Numbered from the whole stretch's first letter, positions 38,540-52,208 are shown. The stretch: DNA of 63,702 bases, filler included, from Choristocarpus tenellus KU-1152 (GCA_964200185.2; 13 parts of 13 records of this genome joined end to end with filler, not necessarily neighbours in it); one strand, 5' to 3'. Translations and numbers: made by a program. Notes: generated by a model from the letters alone, not told the origin.

Positions 38540-38732
38540 TGCAAATTTCAGAAAGAGCCCTTTGCTGAATTGTGGCGTCACTTTGTGTGTGGAAAAGCCT
38601 TTTTTTTCCATTTTTGCGTACAACTATTGCGAACATAAGGCAATGCAAAGTAGTGTGTTGTGCAGGGTGAGAAAGTGGCGTAGAATACGAAAGAGTCCAC
38701 CAAACCTGCCTATCTCTCTCGATTGGTTTGGA
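38540..38732. repeat. Copy of the long terminal repeat of the 29474-32298 element
   Basis: AATTGTGGCGTCACTTTGTGTGTGGAAAAG...CCAAACCTGCCTATCTCTCTCGATTGG matches the reverse complement of 32083-32250. Confidence 0.65.
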
Positions 38733-40317
38733 TACCCAGGCCCTGATCACCTCCACACCAGACACATCCGCTAGGCCGTCACCAGCACAGACATTGGCCA
38801 CGAAGGCGTACCTGCCGTTTTTGTGAATGTCTGGGCTCCAATGTACGCCTCCCCTGATTCCCTCCCTCTTGAGTTCTGAAGATTTCCAAACAGTTTTATC
38901 ACCTCTCTGCTCTGGGGGAAATTGCCCCCCAGTAGCTTCCTGTTTGTTATTTTTAGGTGGGTATGTGGCTCAGCATTCTTGTCAACTGACATCCATATAC
39001 TTGGACAGGAACTGGGAGATATCGGTGTAAATTTGGATTTGGTGTTCCCAAGAGGGTGGAAAGGGCCCTAATGGACACCCTCCCAAGGCACGAGTGTGGG
39101 GAATGGGCCTCTCAAGCCTGGACGGGGAAAACGATTTCACTGGTAGTGGTGCTCGCAGGAGGGATTATTTTCTTGACCTTGACAGTATTATATAGTGTTT
39201 CTTGAATCATCTGTTGACATGTATTTGTTGTTGGACCCACCAACCAACTGTAATGCGAATTATCCTCTTTCTGTAAAAAATCCCATTTCCCAAAATCCAA
39301 CATTCATTCTCACAAGTGGGGGCACACGACGAATAGATCCGCGCGGAAGAGAGGTGGTACTGGTCGTGGACAGACGGACGGACGAACAAAAGACAGATGG
39401 ACGGACAGGAATCGCTTGGGTTTACGGTATGTGCATAAGAGGATCAAAAAAGGTTTTCCGAGGGCCACTTTGCCGAATTACGTTTTGGTAGCCCTTTCTA
39501 AACGGATCTGTCTGTTGTCAGAAATGTAGCAGGGGTGAGTCGGCCCAATGTTAATTTTACACGAGAGGAAATGGCCCCTGAGATATAATGCGACCCAATC
39601 CCAGGGCTTGCCTAATGGCCAGGATTGCTACACCCTTTCACAGCCCCAATTGATACTGAGCCAACGTAAACGAGAGGTGACCAGGTTTTGGCAGATATTC
39701 ATCTCAAGCCAGTTTTCGATCTTTCGTAAAAGTCACTCATATTTTCTATGAATGAAATGCTAAGATGGACTTGAGACCGTTGATTTCTCTATAATAGTTT
39801 GAAAAAAATCGGCGTGATTCAGAAAATATCCTGAACACATTTGAAGAAATAGACCACCAATGTTGCACACATCTGCCATCATTCTTCAGATTCAACTCTG
39901 GGTACCTTTCGTTTACTTCAACTCATTTGAGTTAGTACTCGACCCTTATCTTGCCTTCTACACTTCAGGGAGCTTGACTGCCTTTGATTAATCAGAGATG
40001 GTATTAATTTTTTCAGTTATTATATGATAAATTATATTTCGTGCTTGTAAGCAACAAAAATATCCTTGGTTTGGGGGAGAAGGTGAGGGCTTGACTCACA
40101 CTACTAGGTGTGAATTCTTCAACTACCATTTCTATGGGGAGGACGGTTGCTAACTAGCGCTGCCTTATCCCTTACGATTCTTAATTAGGAATACGCATCC
40201 TTTCAATAACCTTCGTCGATTGGTACATGAGTGGTTGATCTTCTCGCATCTTATCCTCCTTTCCCGACTTTGGGAAGGCATTTTCTCCTATGATACTTCT
40301 AGTACTGGATAAAAAAA

Positions 40318-40369
40318 GCAATGAATTACAAAAATTATGGCTTACCAATCTCAGAATTAGTATCTGAAG
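40318..40369 (+). pseudogene. rpoH: Fragment of bacterial heat-shock sigma factor sigma-32, region 2
   Basis: Translates AMNYKNYGLPISELVSE, matching the alphaproteobacterial RpoH motif IAMxY(R/K)xYGLPxxE(V/L)(I/V)SEG; only 17 codons. Confidence 0.7.
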
Positions 40370-40431
40370 CCAAAAGAAGAATCAAAGTTTCTTTATCGAT
40401 TTTAGAATTTTGCTGTAAATATATCGATAGT

Positions 40432-40512
40432 TCCACCAATGATAGATATTAGAGCAGATTCTTTTACTAAATGAATTAATTCGTTGACCAATAACGCAAA
40501 TAAATTCTCCAT
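40432..40512 (-). pseudogene. Fragment of a bacterial polar amino-acid ABC transporter permease (HisM/GlnP-like)
   Basis: Translates MENLFALLVNELIHLVKESALISIIGG, like the conserved PxLxNExIxLxKxS(A/S)LxSxIG motif. Confidence 0.65.
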
Positions 40513-40567
40513 AAAATAATTCCTAATATAGAAATATTACTTACAAGGAGTATTCCACGCTAATAAA

Positions 40568-40633
40568 ATACCCGTTAATATAGAAAACTCCTCTATTACT
40601 AATTCTTCTTGGCAAACCATCTGCGTATCCTAT
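40568..40633 (-). pseudogene. alr: Fragment of bacterial alanine racemase C-terminal domain
   Basis: Translates IGYADGLPRRISNRGVFYINGY, the GYADGxxRxxSNxGxxxING signature. Confidence 0.78.
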
Positions 40634-42114
40634 ATAGCTCTCAAATCAAATACAAAAAAAATGAAAGAAGTATTATATATACTCTTAGATAAATTACGTA
40701 AAGTACGAGTAGGAGGCATTATAAAAGATAATTCTATTTAAAAAATGGACAAAAAATATATATTTAGGAAAAAATGATAAGGTATCCGGAATTTTACAGA
40801 AAATGATTTTACAGCAATTCAGTACATCTCTTGAGTGGTATACTCAAATTATTTCAGAATCATTAGGTGTCCTTTATAGTTACTACGATAGGATAGGATT
40901 TGAAATACTTGTATCTTTATCGCACGCTTACATATTTAATATGTTGTCCTGTCGAGAGAATTATGAGTGCGCAAGTTAAATCGACTCAAATTTTTCAACG
41001 TACTCAATTAGAATGGAAATGTGCACAAAACGCACGGGGGAAGTAAAAGGTTCTACGGCTAGTGATGGGGGGCCCTGCTGGAGGCGAAATATTTTTGAGG
41101 TGATTTTCATTTCCGCAAAATTTGCTAGACACGTTGTGATGTGATGTCTGAGAGACGATTGTATGTAACCTTTTTGGAGAAACTCCACCTTTTCCATATC
41201 ACACCAGCGATACAACAACAACCTCACCACAGCACTGCTTCCCCCATTGACCTCCATACATCCACTACAGGATGTCGTATCTGATGCATGCACAACCTGT
41301 TGTTGACCTTGCGTTTGTGAGTGCAAGGATTACCGCTGGACAAATGGCACAACAGTGGCTGAGGTAGCCAACAAGGAACAGATAGGCCATAACGGCATCA
41401 GGACATTTGCTGTTCGATGGTGAACAATAGACCTTAGTTTTGATCCTCGCCATCTCTGTGCTGCATGCTCCTGTTCAGTGCTAGTAATTTTGGTGTATAA
41501 AGTCAAGCGTATGAGGAAACGAAATTCTGGTGGCATGGGAGTTGGGGACCACCCTGTAGCATAGGGCAGGGCAAGTCAGTATTGATGTTTTGAAGATGAT
41601 TGATGGCTTCTGGGGGCCAATGATTTTTGGAAAAACTGAAATGGGACAACGCGGACAACATGATCATATGTGGGATAAGGATCGCTCAAACGGATATCAG
41701 GCAGGTAAGGATGCTCTAGAGGGCCTCAGACGGACAAAGAGTCAACGAAGATTCTGATAATTTAAGAGCTGAATCAACATTTGGCGAGTCAGAGAGATCT
41801 TTAGCAAGACTCTTCGCCAGAGACTGTGCAAAATGGACATGTGTATAGGTTCTTTATTTTATAATATGCGAGTCTACATTTTGATTTTGTCCAGGAGATG
41901 TGACTAATGAGATATGTTCGTACTCGTATATTTTATTTGTATATTTTGACTGGAAATCGGTTGCTATTTAATTAGATACAGACTATGCTGCTTTGATATC
42001 GTTAGCCATAGTATCTCTGCGAGACCAGCATATTAACAGGACATCATTTTCGTCGATAAACAATAAACGCCAACATGTTGCGGTGATCATCGGGAGAGAT
42101 AGGATAGCATGCAT

Positions 42115-42376
42115 GAGTGAAAGTATCTTAGAGGGTACGAGTTTTGCCCTGTTTGTCCGTTTGGGGCTTGGCTTCCCTCGGGGTTTTTTTAATGACATTT
42201 TCCTACTCCAAAATATTTCGGAGACGGTAAAATGTATGCGTTAATGAAAAGGTGTGCCCCGAACAAGGATATTGACACTTCCTAACAAACACAATAGCCA
42301 AAATTACATCAAAGCTGCAAGAGTGGATTTTGGCCCCCGAATGGACGCGGCTCTACCCTCTAAGATACTTTGACTC
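42115..42376. mobile_element. MITE family A, best-preserved copy
   Basis: 23-bp TIRs with one mismatch (GAGTGAAAGTATCTTAGAGGGTA / TACCCTCTAAGATACTTTGACTC); TSD GCAT/GCAT. Confidence 0.95.
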
Positions 42377-43371
42377 GCATGGTGACTGCAACTCATGGTA
42401 AGGAATAGCTAGGGATACAAATAAGTTATAAAGACACATTAGCGAGAGTATAACCACGAGTTCTGTCTCTCTTTTTTCGGTTCTTCAATAACCATGTGAC
42501 TTTCACCCTCCAACAACTGGGCCATGTGAGGCTCCCATTTCTTTCCTCTCCCGACTTCTATCTCGATCAAGTCTTCACCAAGCCATATACACAAATATCA
42601 GTCTACCAAGGATATCAGCAGATCATGAGGGTTAGGCTTTGTATATTCACGCTATCTTCTTTCATGTGCTTTACGTATAGTACACACTCATCACATAGCA
42701 ACAGAGAAATGTGTCCTATTTCTGACCCCCACTCCAAGCACACGCAGAGCTGTGCGTTTCTCCGACATACCGAGTTTCGTAAACCTAAGGGAAGAATTGG
42801 TCCATAGTTTCCTCTATGGAAATCCAACACTGTTCTCACCATCTCGCCCTCTACTGCTATCGCCCCCCCCTCCTGTCACCCCCTCCTTCTCACACCCTTC
42901 CCTTCCCTTACCAATACCCTTAGATGCTGCTAGAGGGTCTCGCGATGGCTTGGGGGACAAGACCCTCCTCAATCCTAGGAAGAGTTAACAGACAAAGGGC
43001 AACGGCACTCATACCATGGGGATGACACGGGTAGCAGACAGCACCTAGTTAAAAAAATCTACTCATCCCAGCTCAGGAATAAAGTGCGGGTAACACAACT
43101 GTGTACATGGTTGTGCATGCTCCTGTACCTCATCAGCAAGGACCTCTACCTGGCGTCAAGGGGTCGATTAAGCTCCCAACTGCGAGGAGAACTTTATCGG
43201 GATCGAAAGTGTCAGAGAAGTCGAGAAGAATAGCTCAGCATCCAGGCACATTGTTGAGAAGCTTGGCGCATGCAAGGCTCGTCGCCGAAAGCTAGTAGTT
43301 GAATTACACGGTAAAGCATACACTGGATTATTTATTGTCCGCAGGGTATTGTCCATTTGGTGCCCGATATA

Positions 43372-44046
43372 ACTATATTACTGCTATTGTCCCACCCACT
43401 ATACCACTTGTAATGTCCAATTGGCCTACCATAACGTACCGCTGTGCACGTCACTACTTTGTATTGTACCGAACTAAAGATCAACGTACATAAAACCTAT
43501 GATACACCCACTACGAGTGCTCCTTTGATCCTCGTAGTTGTATCCTCTAAACTTTTGCGGTGGAATGTTTTGTGCGCCTCGGTAAGCAAGCGGAATGCTT
43601 CCTGGGGGAGCTGGCTACTCACATTGTAGGAGGTAGAGGAGCGGGAGGATATGGCTGGAAAGGAGTAGTTAAATCCAGGCTACGCCAAATTGTTTCAGGA
43701 ACTACGCAAGTGGCATTGTCTCGATGTGCCATGCACTTCAAACTAGACTCACCAGGGAGATGGGGGCACGGAGGGGTCTGTTGGATTCTTTGGATGCCTT
43801 ACTTGCTTCCCCCCCCGTGGCACAGGAGTAGGTAGATGGGAAGCAAAGGGTGACAGTAGTACAATATTTGATAGTGGTGAAGTAACAGATTAGTGGTTTC
43901 CACACTTAAAATGTTTTATAGTGTTCTTACGTTTTGGATATTTTATTTCTTTAGGGCTAATGACGACATATATATAGTTTTCATTGGTTTCCCCCCTGAC
44001 ACATCTATCTGCGAAATGTTAGAGGGCATAATAATAAAATAATATA
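43372..44046. repeat. Rearranged pieces of repeat family D (see 60232-60469)
   Basis: 43372-43482 is near-identical to the reverse complement of 60344-60447, and 43968-44046 matches 60232-60308. Confidence 0.75.
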
Positions 44047-45188
44047 TACTTGATCGGCACAGATAATGTAAGGATAATACCAGGTTATTCGACATCCTTC
44101 CCTTGCTGAAAATAAGTATTAACTCTCAATCACAAAAATAAATAAAGAAAACGCACATGTTATCTCACATGTTCGTCAAAAACTTCACATGCTGTCTAAA
44201 AACTTGAACTGACAAATTCTTCGTCAATACATCTGCCCTCTGATAGTTACTTGATCCCTCCAAAGAATGTTCCGAAACCGTCTTTTTGCAATCGTGAAGA
44301 GCGCACTTTAATTGGTCGGTTCAAATATCGCCTTCAAGAAACTTCCGTGATTTGGGGAAGAGAGGGTTTATCATGTTGGTCGTTCCCTGCCAAGAATGAA
44401 CGTTGGAAAAGTTACATTACATTTATTCTGAACAGAGGAAGTAGAAGACAATCTTGGTATCGTAGGGGAAGAGGTAATAAATGGTTGTAAGTTGAAGAGG
44501 GAAAGCAATAGTATATTTATGGATGTACGTATGTGTGCACGTATGTACGTATTGCGGTCGTTAGAAAGTGTGCGTAATAAACACTACTCCATTTTCGGTT
44601 CATAAATATGAAAAGGATCGTCTTTGCTTCAAAATAATAAATTCAATCATGTCGTTGATAACAAATTGTTGAGGCCCTACAGATAGACTCTGTTGTTGTG
44701 TTCTCACTGACTTCCAACCAGTTTACGGACCTCCTTAGCGAAAGAATGACAAAGAATACAAAATATCTATGGAGTGAATTAATTCGAGTTCTCCTCTAGA
44801 GCCACAGCCCATGCAGTAAATGGTAGACACACACCAACAATAGAAAGTCTCCGTCCATGTCAACAATAACAGTAAAAAAGACACACCGTTCTCATCCTCT
44901 CTGCAATGCACACACCTCCTTTTACTAGTGTCGACATCATTATTAACATAGTCTTTCAACGCAGAGGTTACTTCATGCTCTGCACACCATTGATTATTCA
45001 CTCTACACCATACCCGCACACATCCCATGAATTCTAGTACCATCTCCTCCCCTGACTATTCCAAGCCACCCCGTCCACGAACCCATCAATATCGACAGTC
45101 TCTCCCCTTGATGCCAAAGCCCAGGAGTCAATTACACCATCTAGTACAGAAGTCCTTTTTCTCGAAACTTGATAGAGTATCACCGAGA

Positions 45189-45222
45189 GGGTCAAAGTAT
45201 CTGGGGTGGGTGGGGTGGGGGG
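45189..45222. mobile_element. MITE family B terminus at contig end
   Basis: GGGTCAAAGTATCTGGGG... Confidence 0.7.
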
Positions 45223-45350
45223 NNNNNNNNNNNNNNNNNNNNNNNNNNNNNNNNNNNNNNNNNNNNTTAATTAATTAANNNNNNNNNNNNNNNNNNNNNN
45301 NNNNNNNNNNNNNNNNNNNNNNGGCTTCTCTCCGGTCTCCTCGCCCGCCG

Positions 45351-45351
<1 letters not shown>

Positions 45352-45390
<39 letters not shown>

Positions 45391-45540
45391 CTACACCAGG
45401 GTGTCCTTTCGGGCCCTGACCAGGAAAATTGCACTTACAACATCGATCTAACACATGCAACCAAATTCACCCAAAAATGACGACATGGAAAAATGGGCCC
45501 CAAAAGGACAGCCGCCACTCGCCCCCAGATTCTTTGAGTC
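45352..45540. mobile_element. MITE family B
   Basis: PolyG-TCTACACCAGGGTGTCC...CCCCCAGATTCTTTGAGTC. Confidence 0.8.
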
Positions 45541-47743
45541 TCAAATCCATGACGATTGGTTGAGGCATCAAAACAGAACAATCACCATTGCCGCAGGAGA
45601 GTGCTTTTTGAAGGAGTGCAGACAAGCTGTACAAAAACTAGAAATATTTTTCATTCTTGGATGATGCCATACAGTGCAGATCAAGGGCAGGCAGTCCAGA
45701 AGGGAAACTACGTTATTTCAGCAAGCAAGGAGCTTGAACGGAAGAAGTACATTCACAATTAACTGCATGGACAGATAGATGAGGCGTACACGAACTGTCC
45801 AGCAATATTAACGTTAGCCACACCAATCAGTTACCATGTGTGTATGCGTGCATTAAGCTCGTACAAGAACACGATGATCGAACAAACACCAAATGCGGAA
45901 TACACAACAACCAGAAAAAAACAAAACAAGTACTGCCTGCAAAATAATATCTTCAAAGTGTTTCGAGCAATGTACCTTCTTGTACACAGTAAGTACCAGC
46001 ACCACTCACGTAGCCGAAAAAAACATAAAAAATAGCTATCGCTTTTCTAAAGTCAAAACAGAACAGTAGTGCCCCTTTCTCCTGCCCCACCCCTCCCAAC
46101 CCCATCCAAAAGAGGTCAAAACAAAAGCCGCACAACTCCGCCCAAGCGGTAGTGGCAACATCAACGCTTCACCATGAAGAGGCGTTTTAAGAAAAACGGA
46201 GTGAGGGAAGGGCCCTCAACTTGCTAAGCAAACAAGAAGGCCCATGCCATGCCTCGATTTCCACATTTTCTCATCAGTCTCAACAAAAAAGATAAGTGAA
46301 GAACGGCAGGAGCTCTCACAGTTAGCCTCAAATAACTAAACAACACACCTCAACAATAAATACAAAAAAACACACGTATACACACACACCATTGCACCTC
46401 AATCTCGGGAAAAAGAGATAGGACCCCAGCAAAGAAACGTTTCGTCCACTCTTGGAGTATGGACTAGCAGAGTGCACCCCTAGATAGTATCATAGACTCC
46501 TCCTTTATGCATTGTCCAGCCCACAAATCTGGCTGAGAGTCGAGCTACCACAGCTTCACCAGACATCAATGAATACACTATGGTAATACCATGGCAAGGA
46601 AATCGACTATCACGCCCATGTGTGACTTCAATCTTCACCCTCTCATCTTCCAAAACTAAACCCCTTCTTCACTCCTCCCTACTATTGATCCTACCTCAGG
46701 AAAAGTCTGTATTCCTCGATGATGAAGAAGTAGGTGGTCTCCCTCAGCATAAACACAAAGTTGGCACTCATATCGTGTCTAAGTTATCCACATTTTGCCT
46801 AACCTATCCACAGCGAAAATGAAAAAATAAGCATACCCACCTGCAACACGGTGCCAAAAAACAAATGAACATATTTCTCAACTACTTAAGCTCACTTGCT
46901 ATCCCCAAGACAACCACAAACCAACCCTTGCCTGGCTCTACCAAAAATCCATTCATCACTACAGTCAACGCTTGGAAGGGAGGAGCATGGGGTGTGTGTG
47001 GAAGAGGAGTCCTCCCAACATGTATGAAATGCAGCACAGGGCCAGCACAACGCTATATCTCCATCACAAAAAACAACAATGTTACGCAAAACCACACCCT
47101 CCACTTCATAACTATCTTGAAATCAAGACTTACTGGGAAGTAGGGAATGTGTATCAAAGGGATGTAGGGACAACGCACACCATGAGTTGCTCTTCCTCAG
47201 ATCAATAACAGACCCTCATGCCTTTGTGCACAGGCCTTGAAACCAAATCTATATAATGGGGTGAGGTGTGAAGCAAAGGGCATTGAATCATGGCAAGAAG
47301 CAGTAGAGCCCCCCCCCCCCCTAGCTTTAACCATTATTTGCCAACCCAAGATAATCTTTAGCTCACTCAAGTGTGCTTCATCTCCCCTTCATTATAGGTC
47401 TTTCACTTGAGCTCACACCACAGGGAATCATAAAACGCATCAAGCATGCCTTCCGCCTGACCAGTGTCAAAGAAACACCCGAAATAGGGATAAAAGGAGG
47501 GGGGGAGCGGGGTATGTAGGGTCCAAGCGACAAGAGGGCCCATCACAGCAATTGTGGGGCGATTCGAGAATGATGAGAACCCAGGCAGCAGAGGAGCGTG
47601 GATTGAATTAGAACGAGTCTATGAAGGCCACGCAGAGGACGTAAACAGGAATCCTTTGGTGAGTACTCTCCACTCTGATTCTTCCTGTCCATGGTCACTA
47701 TCGCTCTGAATGGTGGTAACCCAATTCATCATATATTTCTACT

Positions 47744-48013
47744 GAGTCAAACCAAAATGAGAGATACCAGAAGTGCAATTTATAGTTCCCAGAAAATTTG
47801 TGCAAATTTTCGCCTGTCCTTTGTACAAATGTGTGTAGGAGCTCCTCTGAATTGTGTTGCAAAGTTTCAAGTAGAGAAATTAACTTTCTCAAGTCAAACT
47901 TACCACTTCCTTCATCCAAAGAAACATGGGTTGTTTGCAAAAAATATTGAACTAGTGGGTTCTAATAATGCAAAACGCCCCAGAAAATGGATACCTCTCG
48001 TTTACTTTGACTC
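47744..48013. mobile_element. MITE family C (GAGTCAAA termini, different body)
   Basis: GAGTCAAACCAAAATGAGAGATACC ... GGATACCTCTCGTTTACTTTGACTC; flanks ACT/ACT. Confidence 0.75.
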
Positions 48014-49259
48014 ACTAGTAATATGACCCAATCTTTAGCAGAGAGGTATGAGATTTTTTTTCACAGGAACTCATTATGTATTACAGACAAGACTGGCTTG
48101 CATGTGAACATAAAATATACAGTAAATTATGGTACAAAGTTTTATTACTTTTAAGAGCAGGAAGTACAATTTTCGGTACATTTCGGTCTCATGAGATACA
48201 TTATACAGGGTAGACCGTACACCACAAACATACTCTAAAAGAAAATCCTACCAGTTTATCTGGCCCAACACCCTCCGCTCAGGTATCTATATGGTTGCCT
48301 ACACTGCCTCCTTATTTTACAGCTAGTATCACCGGAAATGAGCTAAGTTAGATACATTCATTCCTCATTCAGAACAGAATGCACGCACCAGTCTGGTTGG
48401 ATTGCACAGAGGTAGGTCAAGTTCACTGATAAATAACCATGCACACAACCAAGTTGCAAGCAATCATTGACCATACATGACAATCCCCCCCCCGTGTCCC
48501 AATTTGAGACTGCAGGCACTAACAATGAATGCACTTGTCATGTTGTATGTAGCATTCAATACAACATAGCCATATCAAACACGAACATCCCACTCAGCAA
48601 TTCAAGTCAAAGTACCCATTTGCTTCACTGGTGCTGCTTTCAGGAAAACTTACTAGCACAAGACATGTTTATGATCACTCCCAAGCACTGCTAGCTAACA
48701 TGTTTTGTGCTAGCTAACATCCCGCAACAATTGTCCCCCGCTCCCATGATCTAAACAAATACACAATCAACAGAACCAAAGTCAACTTTATAGTACTTTT
48801 ATACCCAAGTCCACAAGTACAAGATACCTTTTCAAACCAAGACTGAGAAATACTTCCAGAAACTCTATTTTTCTTTTTAAAAGATAAAAATAATACAAAA
48901 ATAATTGAAACCACTTGTTACACGATTCCATGTCACCACATAGTACCGCTATATTAATCAAAACCCAAACACAGACTTCGGGCGCGCCCGACTCTCTATT
49001 CTCACACAGGCTAGACTCCGATGCCCGTCCTCTGATGAGGACCTAGGGACACAACTCGTGCCTGCAACACCAACCACAGGTCCTGCCCCTCTTCCCCCCG
49101 TCCCCCCCCCCCCCCCTCCCGCCCCCNNNNNNNNNNNNNNNNNNNNNNNNNNNNNNNNNNNNNNNNNNNNTTAATTAATTAANNNNNNNNNNNNNNNNNN
49201 NNNNNNNNNNNNNNNNNNNNNNNNNNCCCCTCCAAGATACTTTGGGTCTCTAAAGGAGA

Positions 49260-52208
49260 GTTTTGGTCCTTACATAGGTAGTGAGTGGCATCAAAAGATT
49301 GCCACAGAAATGAGTACTGCTTTACTGCAGGAAGTATCATTATTTGCTCCACAACAAAAAAATGACTTTGAGAGCTCAGAAGATATACATCCTGTCGAAA
49401 ATGCGCACAATAGCATTGTGAATGAGAATATTCAAGGCTGGACAGAATAGCAGAAAATACCAAGGATATGGAGCATTGCCACATCATACACTGTTACGTA
49501 GATACCCCACTCTATTAATCCCATAGGTGTATCCAATTTGATTACCCACTTACCTCAATGAGGACTTACTGAAATTAGTTCAATATTGAATACAGAAAGT
49601 AACAAGAACTCCATAACATTTGGGAAGGTTCTCATCTGAAAGGACTTGGAACCGATGTTAGACATTGTATGATATATTGTCGCAAGTAGACAGCAAGACC
49701 CAAATGGATGAAAGAGAGTGCCAGCTTGTAGAAAGTCAAATTCAACCAAAATGCAATTATGAAACCCTGAATGGTCGGAAACAAATAAGAGGTGAGCTGA
49801 CACCCGTTGAGAATCAAATAATTGTAGAATGTTACCCCCATAGTATATACCAAATGTACAAAAGCTGAACAGGCATCCTGTCTCCTTGAGTTCCGAACTG
49901 AGTCAAAGCAGGACTGAAGCTGTTGTTGCCAAACTTTCAAGAGGCAATTGACAGACCTTTAGCCTCCCAAAAAAGAGAGCTTGAGTCATAACTGTGCACC
50001 TATTGAGGAGGGAAACTGTTGTCTCCCATAGTCTCGGCTATTTGAGTGTCAGGTTGAGGCTGTTGTAGTTAAACAGGCCATGTGCTTCTCCAATGGCTCG
50101 AAACTAGTCCAAGTGGAACCAAAAATGTTGAAAGAGCTGGAAACATGCTACCCCCATACCCTCAGCGGTTTCAAGTTAGAGAAATACCCCATTGTCAATA
50201 TTGAAGATTCGAGACAGTGCTCTAACATCCTCAAAAACACATGCAACCTGAAAAAGAAAATATTGCAAACAATGAACATTAAATTCTTTGCTTTGTGTTG
50301 TCCCAAGCAAGTAATGAATTGAAGTTTTATGTCCCCAAACTCATCAGCATTAGAACCTAATGCTCTAAATGCTTGAGTGGCCTGATATTATAGTATTAAC
50401 CTCACAGTCCCAAACAAGATCAAGCCTGACTTGGACCAAGACCATAGACCTGATGATAGCTCTATCCCTCACAATGAAACCGATCTGCAGGCAGCATTCA
50501 CAGCAGCTGCATGTCGACCTCTACCTTGCCTCTCACGGCCTGATGACCAACCTGCAATGTTGTTCATGGGAGAGGAGCCAACATCATTCAATCTCACCCC
50601 GGACTGGTCAAGGTCTCAGCTGCAAGAGTGAGCTTAGTAAGGGTATGTTTGGTGAATGGTAGGGTTGTTGTAGTTGGATGGGGGTGGAGCTCTCCTGAGA
50701 AGACCACTTCAAAGGATGGCAATGTGGGTTGAGTTGTGGAAAACAAGGTACCTTGATGTGAAGTATCGGCCTCTGTCCAGAAACCGTCCTACTCCCATAA
50801 AGGTGATGCATCTAAGAGACAAGGACAATGTAACAGCCCCGTTGGAAGTCCAGCACATGGGAAGACCCCCCCACTGCTCTGCAACAATCACGTACTGTCT
50901 ATCTTTTTAATGGTAAGGTACTTTTTAAACAGTTGAAGCAGAAAGTCTGGGTGTCATCATCAATCTTGACACTCACTAGAGGTTGACAACTCCTCACAGG
51001 CATACTTTATACAACTGAGCAAAAGTCAGAAAAAAACAGAGTGCCCTGTATTTGGAATGCTCCGAATACCATGTACTGAAGTGTGATGGTAGTGATAATA
51101 GCATCCTTGTCGGCTGTGTACTCAGGATATTGGCACAAACACAACTTGAAGAATTTTTGATAACATGACCCTCGTCTGAATTCATCGCCTATCCATGGGG
51201 TGATATTCCAGAAGTTTTGAATGCAACATTTTTCACACAACTGTTGAGTCCGGTGACATCCAGCTTTTCAGCATTATCTTGAGATTTGTAAAGCAACCTC
51301 AATAGTGCCCGTGCAAAAGGTGGTATATGTGTAATAATCAAGCACTGTTTCTACAAGATTTCCCAGCCAGAGCCATCTACTCCGACTAGTTATTTTCCTA
51401 GAACAAGAATGCGGTCAAAATACTGATTAACATTTGTGTAATAGCTATAAAATGTTGTCAACTGAACTCAAGTAGTTTTGTTGGAGTTTTGTTGAAGTCA
51501 GGACATACTTCCTTATCTCCTCATACACATGCTGCTCATTTTTGCAGGGACTTTGAGGTGGAGGACTTGGACTCAGTGGTGGATAAGTCAGGTAATTTAA
51601 ACACATTGTATGCACAAGCAGTCCCGCTTGAACCTGTAACCCTAACAACCAAAAAGACAGTGGCACAGGACAACCTTTACCCTGGAGGGCAGGAACCTAC
51701 AGTTGACCATGGTGGCGACAATGAGGGGGACAGCAACATTATCAAGTCACCCCCTCCTCCTCATCTAGAGTCTAACACTGGAATAGCTGGGGATGGTAGG
51801 GCAGATGCTCCAGGGAAGATTAATACAATGGGGGATGCGTGCAACAACAATTTCACTGTGAGGGAGGCTTTGGGCATGGATATGAACAACTTTGGAGATG
51901 TGAATGGGGGCAGGGGCGAGAAAGCAACCTTGGGGAGGGGGAGCAGAGACAGCGAGAATAATTTGAAGAGAAAGGGGGAGTTAAGAAGGGGATGTCCTCG
52001 GCTAGCTCTTGTGAAACACTCTTGTCTCAAGGTGGAGGGGGGCACTTTCCCAGTGCAGTTGTGGGATGGAGAGGGATCGGCAAGGAAGATAGGTTGCACA
52101 AAAGTTCATGTTCTTGATATCTTGGAGCACAAACAAACTGTACATGATGGAGCCTGTGCCTCGTCATCTATTACCTCTGTTATCTCTTCAGGGATGATTG
52201 TGGGATGA
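49260..52208 (+). pseudogene. Decayed coding-like tract, probably TE-derived, family not recognised
   Basis: Run of co-oriented broken ORFs (49665, 50080, 50431, 50674, 51489) with no clear splice structure or diagnostic motif. Confidence 0.25.

Noticed and set aside
40735-40800. birA-like scrap (KKWTKNIYLGKNDKVSGIL)
   Set aside because: Only loosely resembles KWPND...KxxGIL and lacks the PND core; too weak to call without a search.
45189-45540. One family B MITE spanning the gap, implying true contig adjacency
   Set aside because: Outer flanks (GAGA and TCAA) do not form a TSD, and extra sequence follows the linker.
47425-47658. Isolated AG/GT-bounded open frame (possible exon or copia gag piece)
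   Set aside because: No partner exons or diagnostic motif found.
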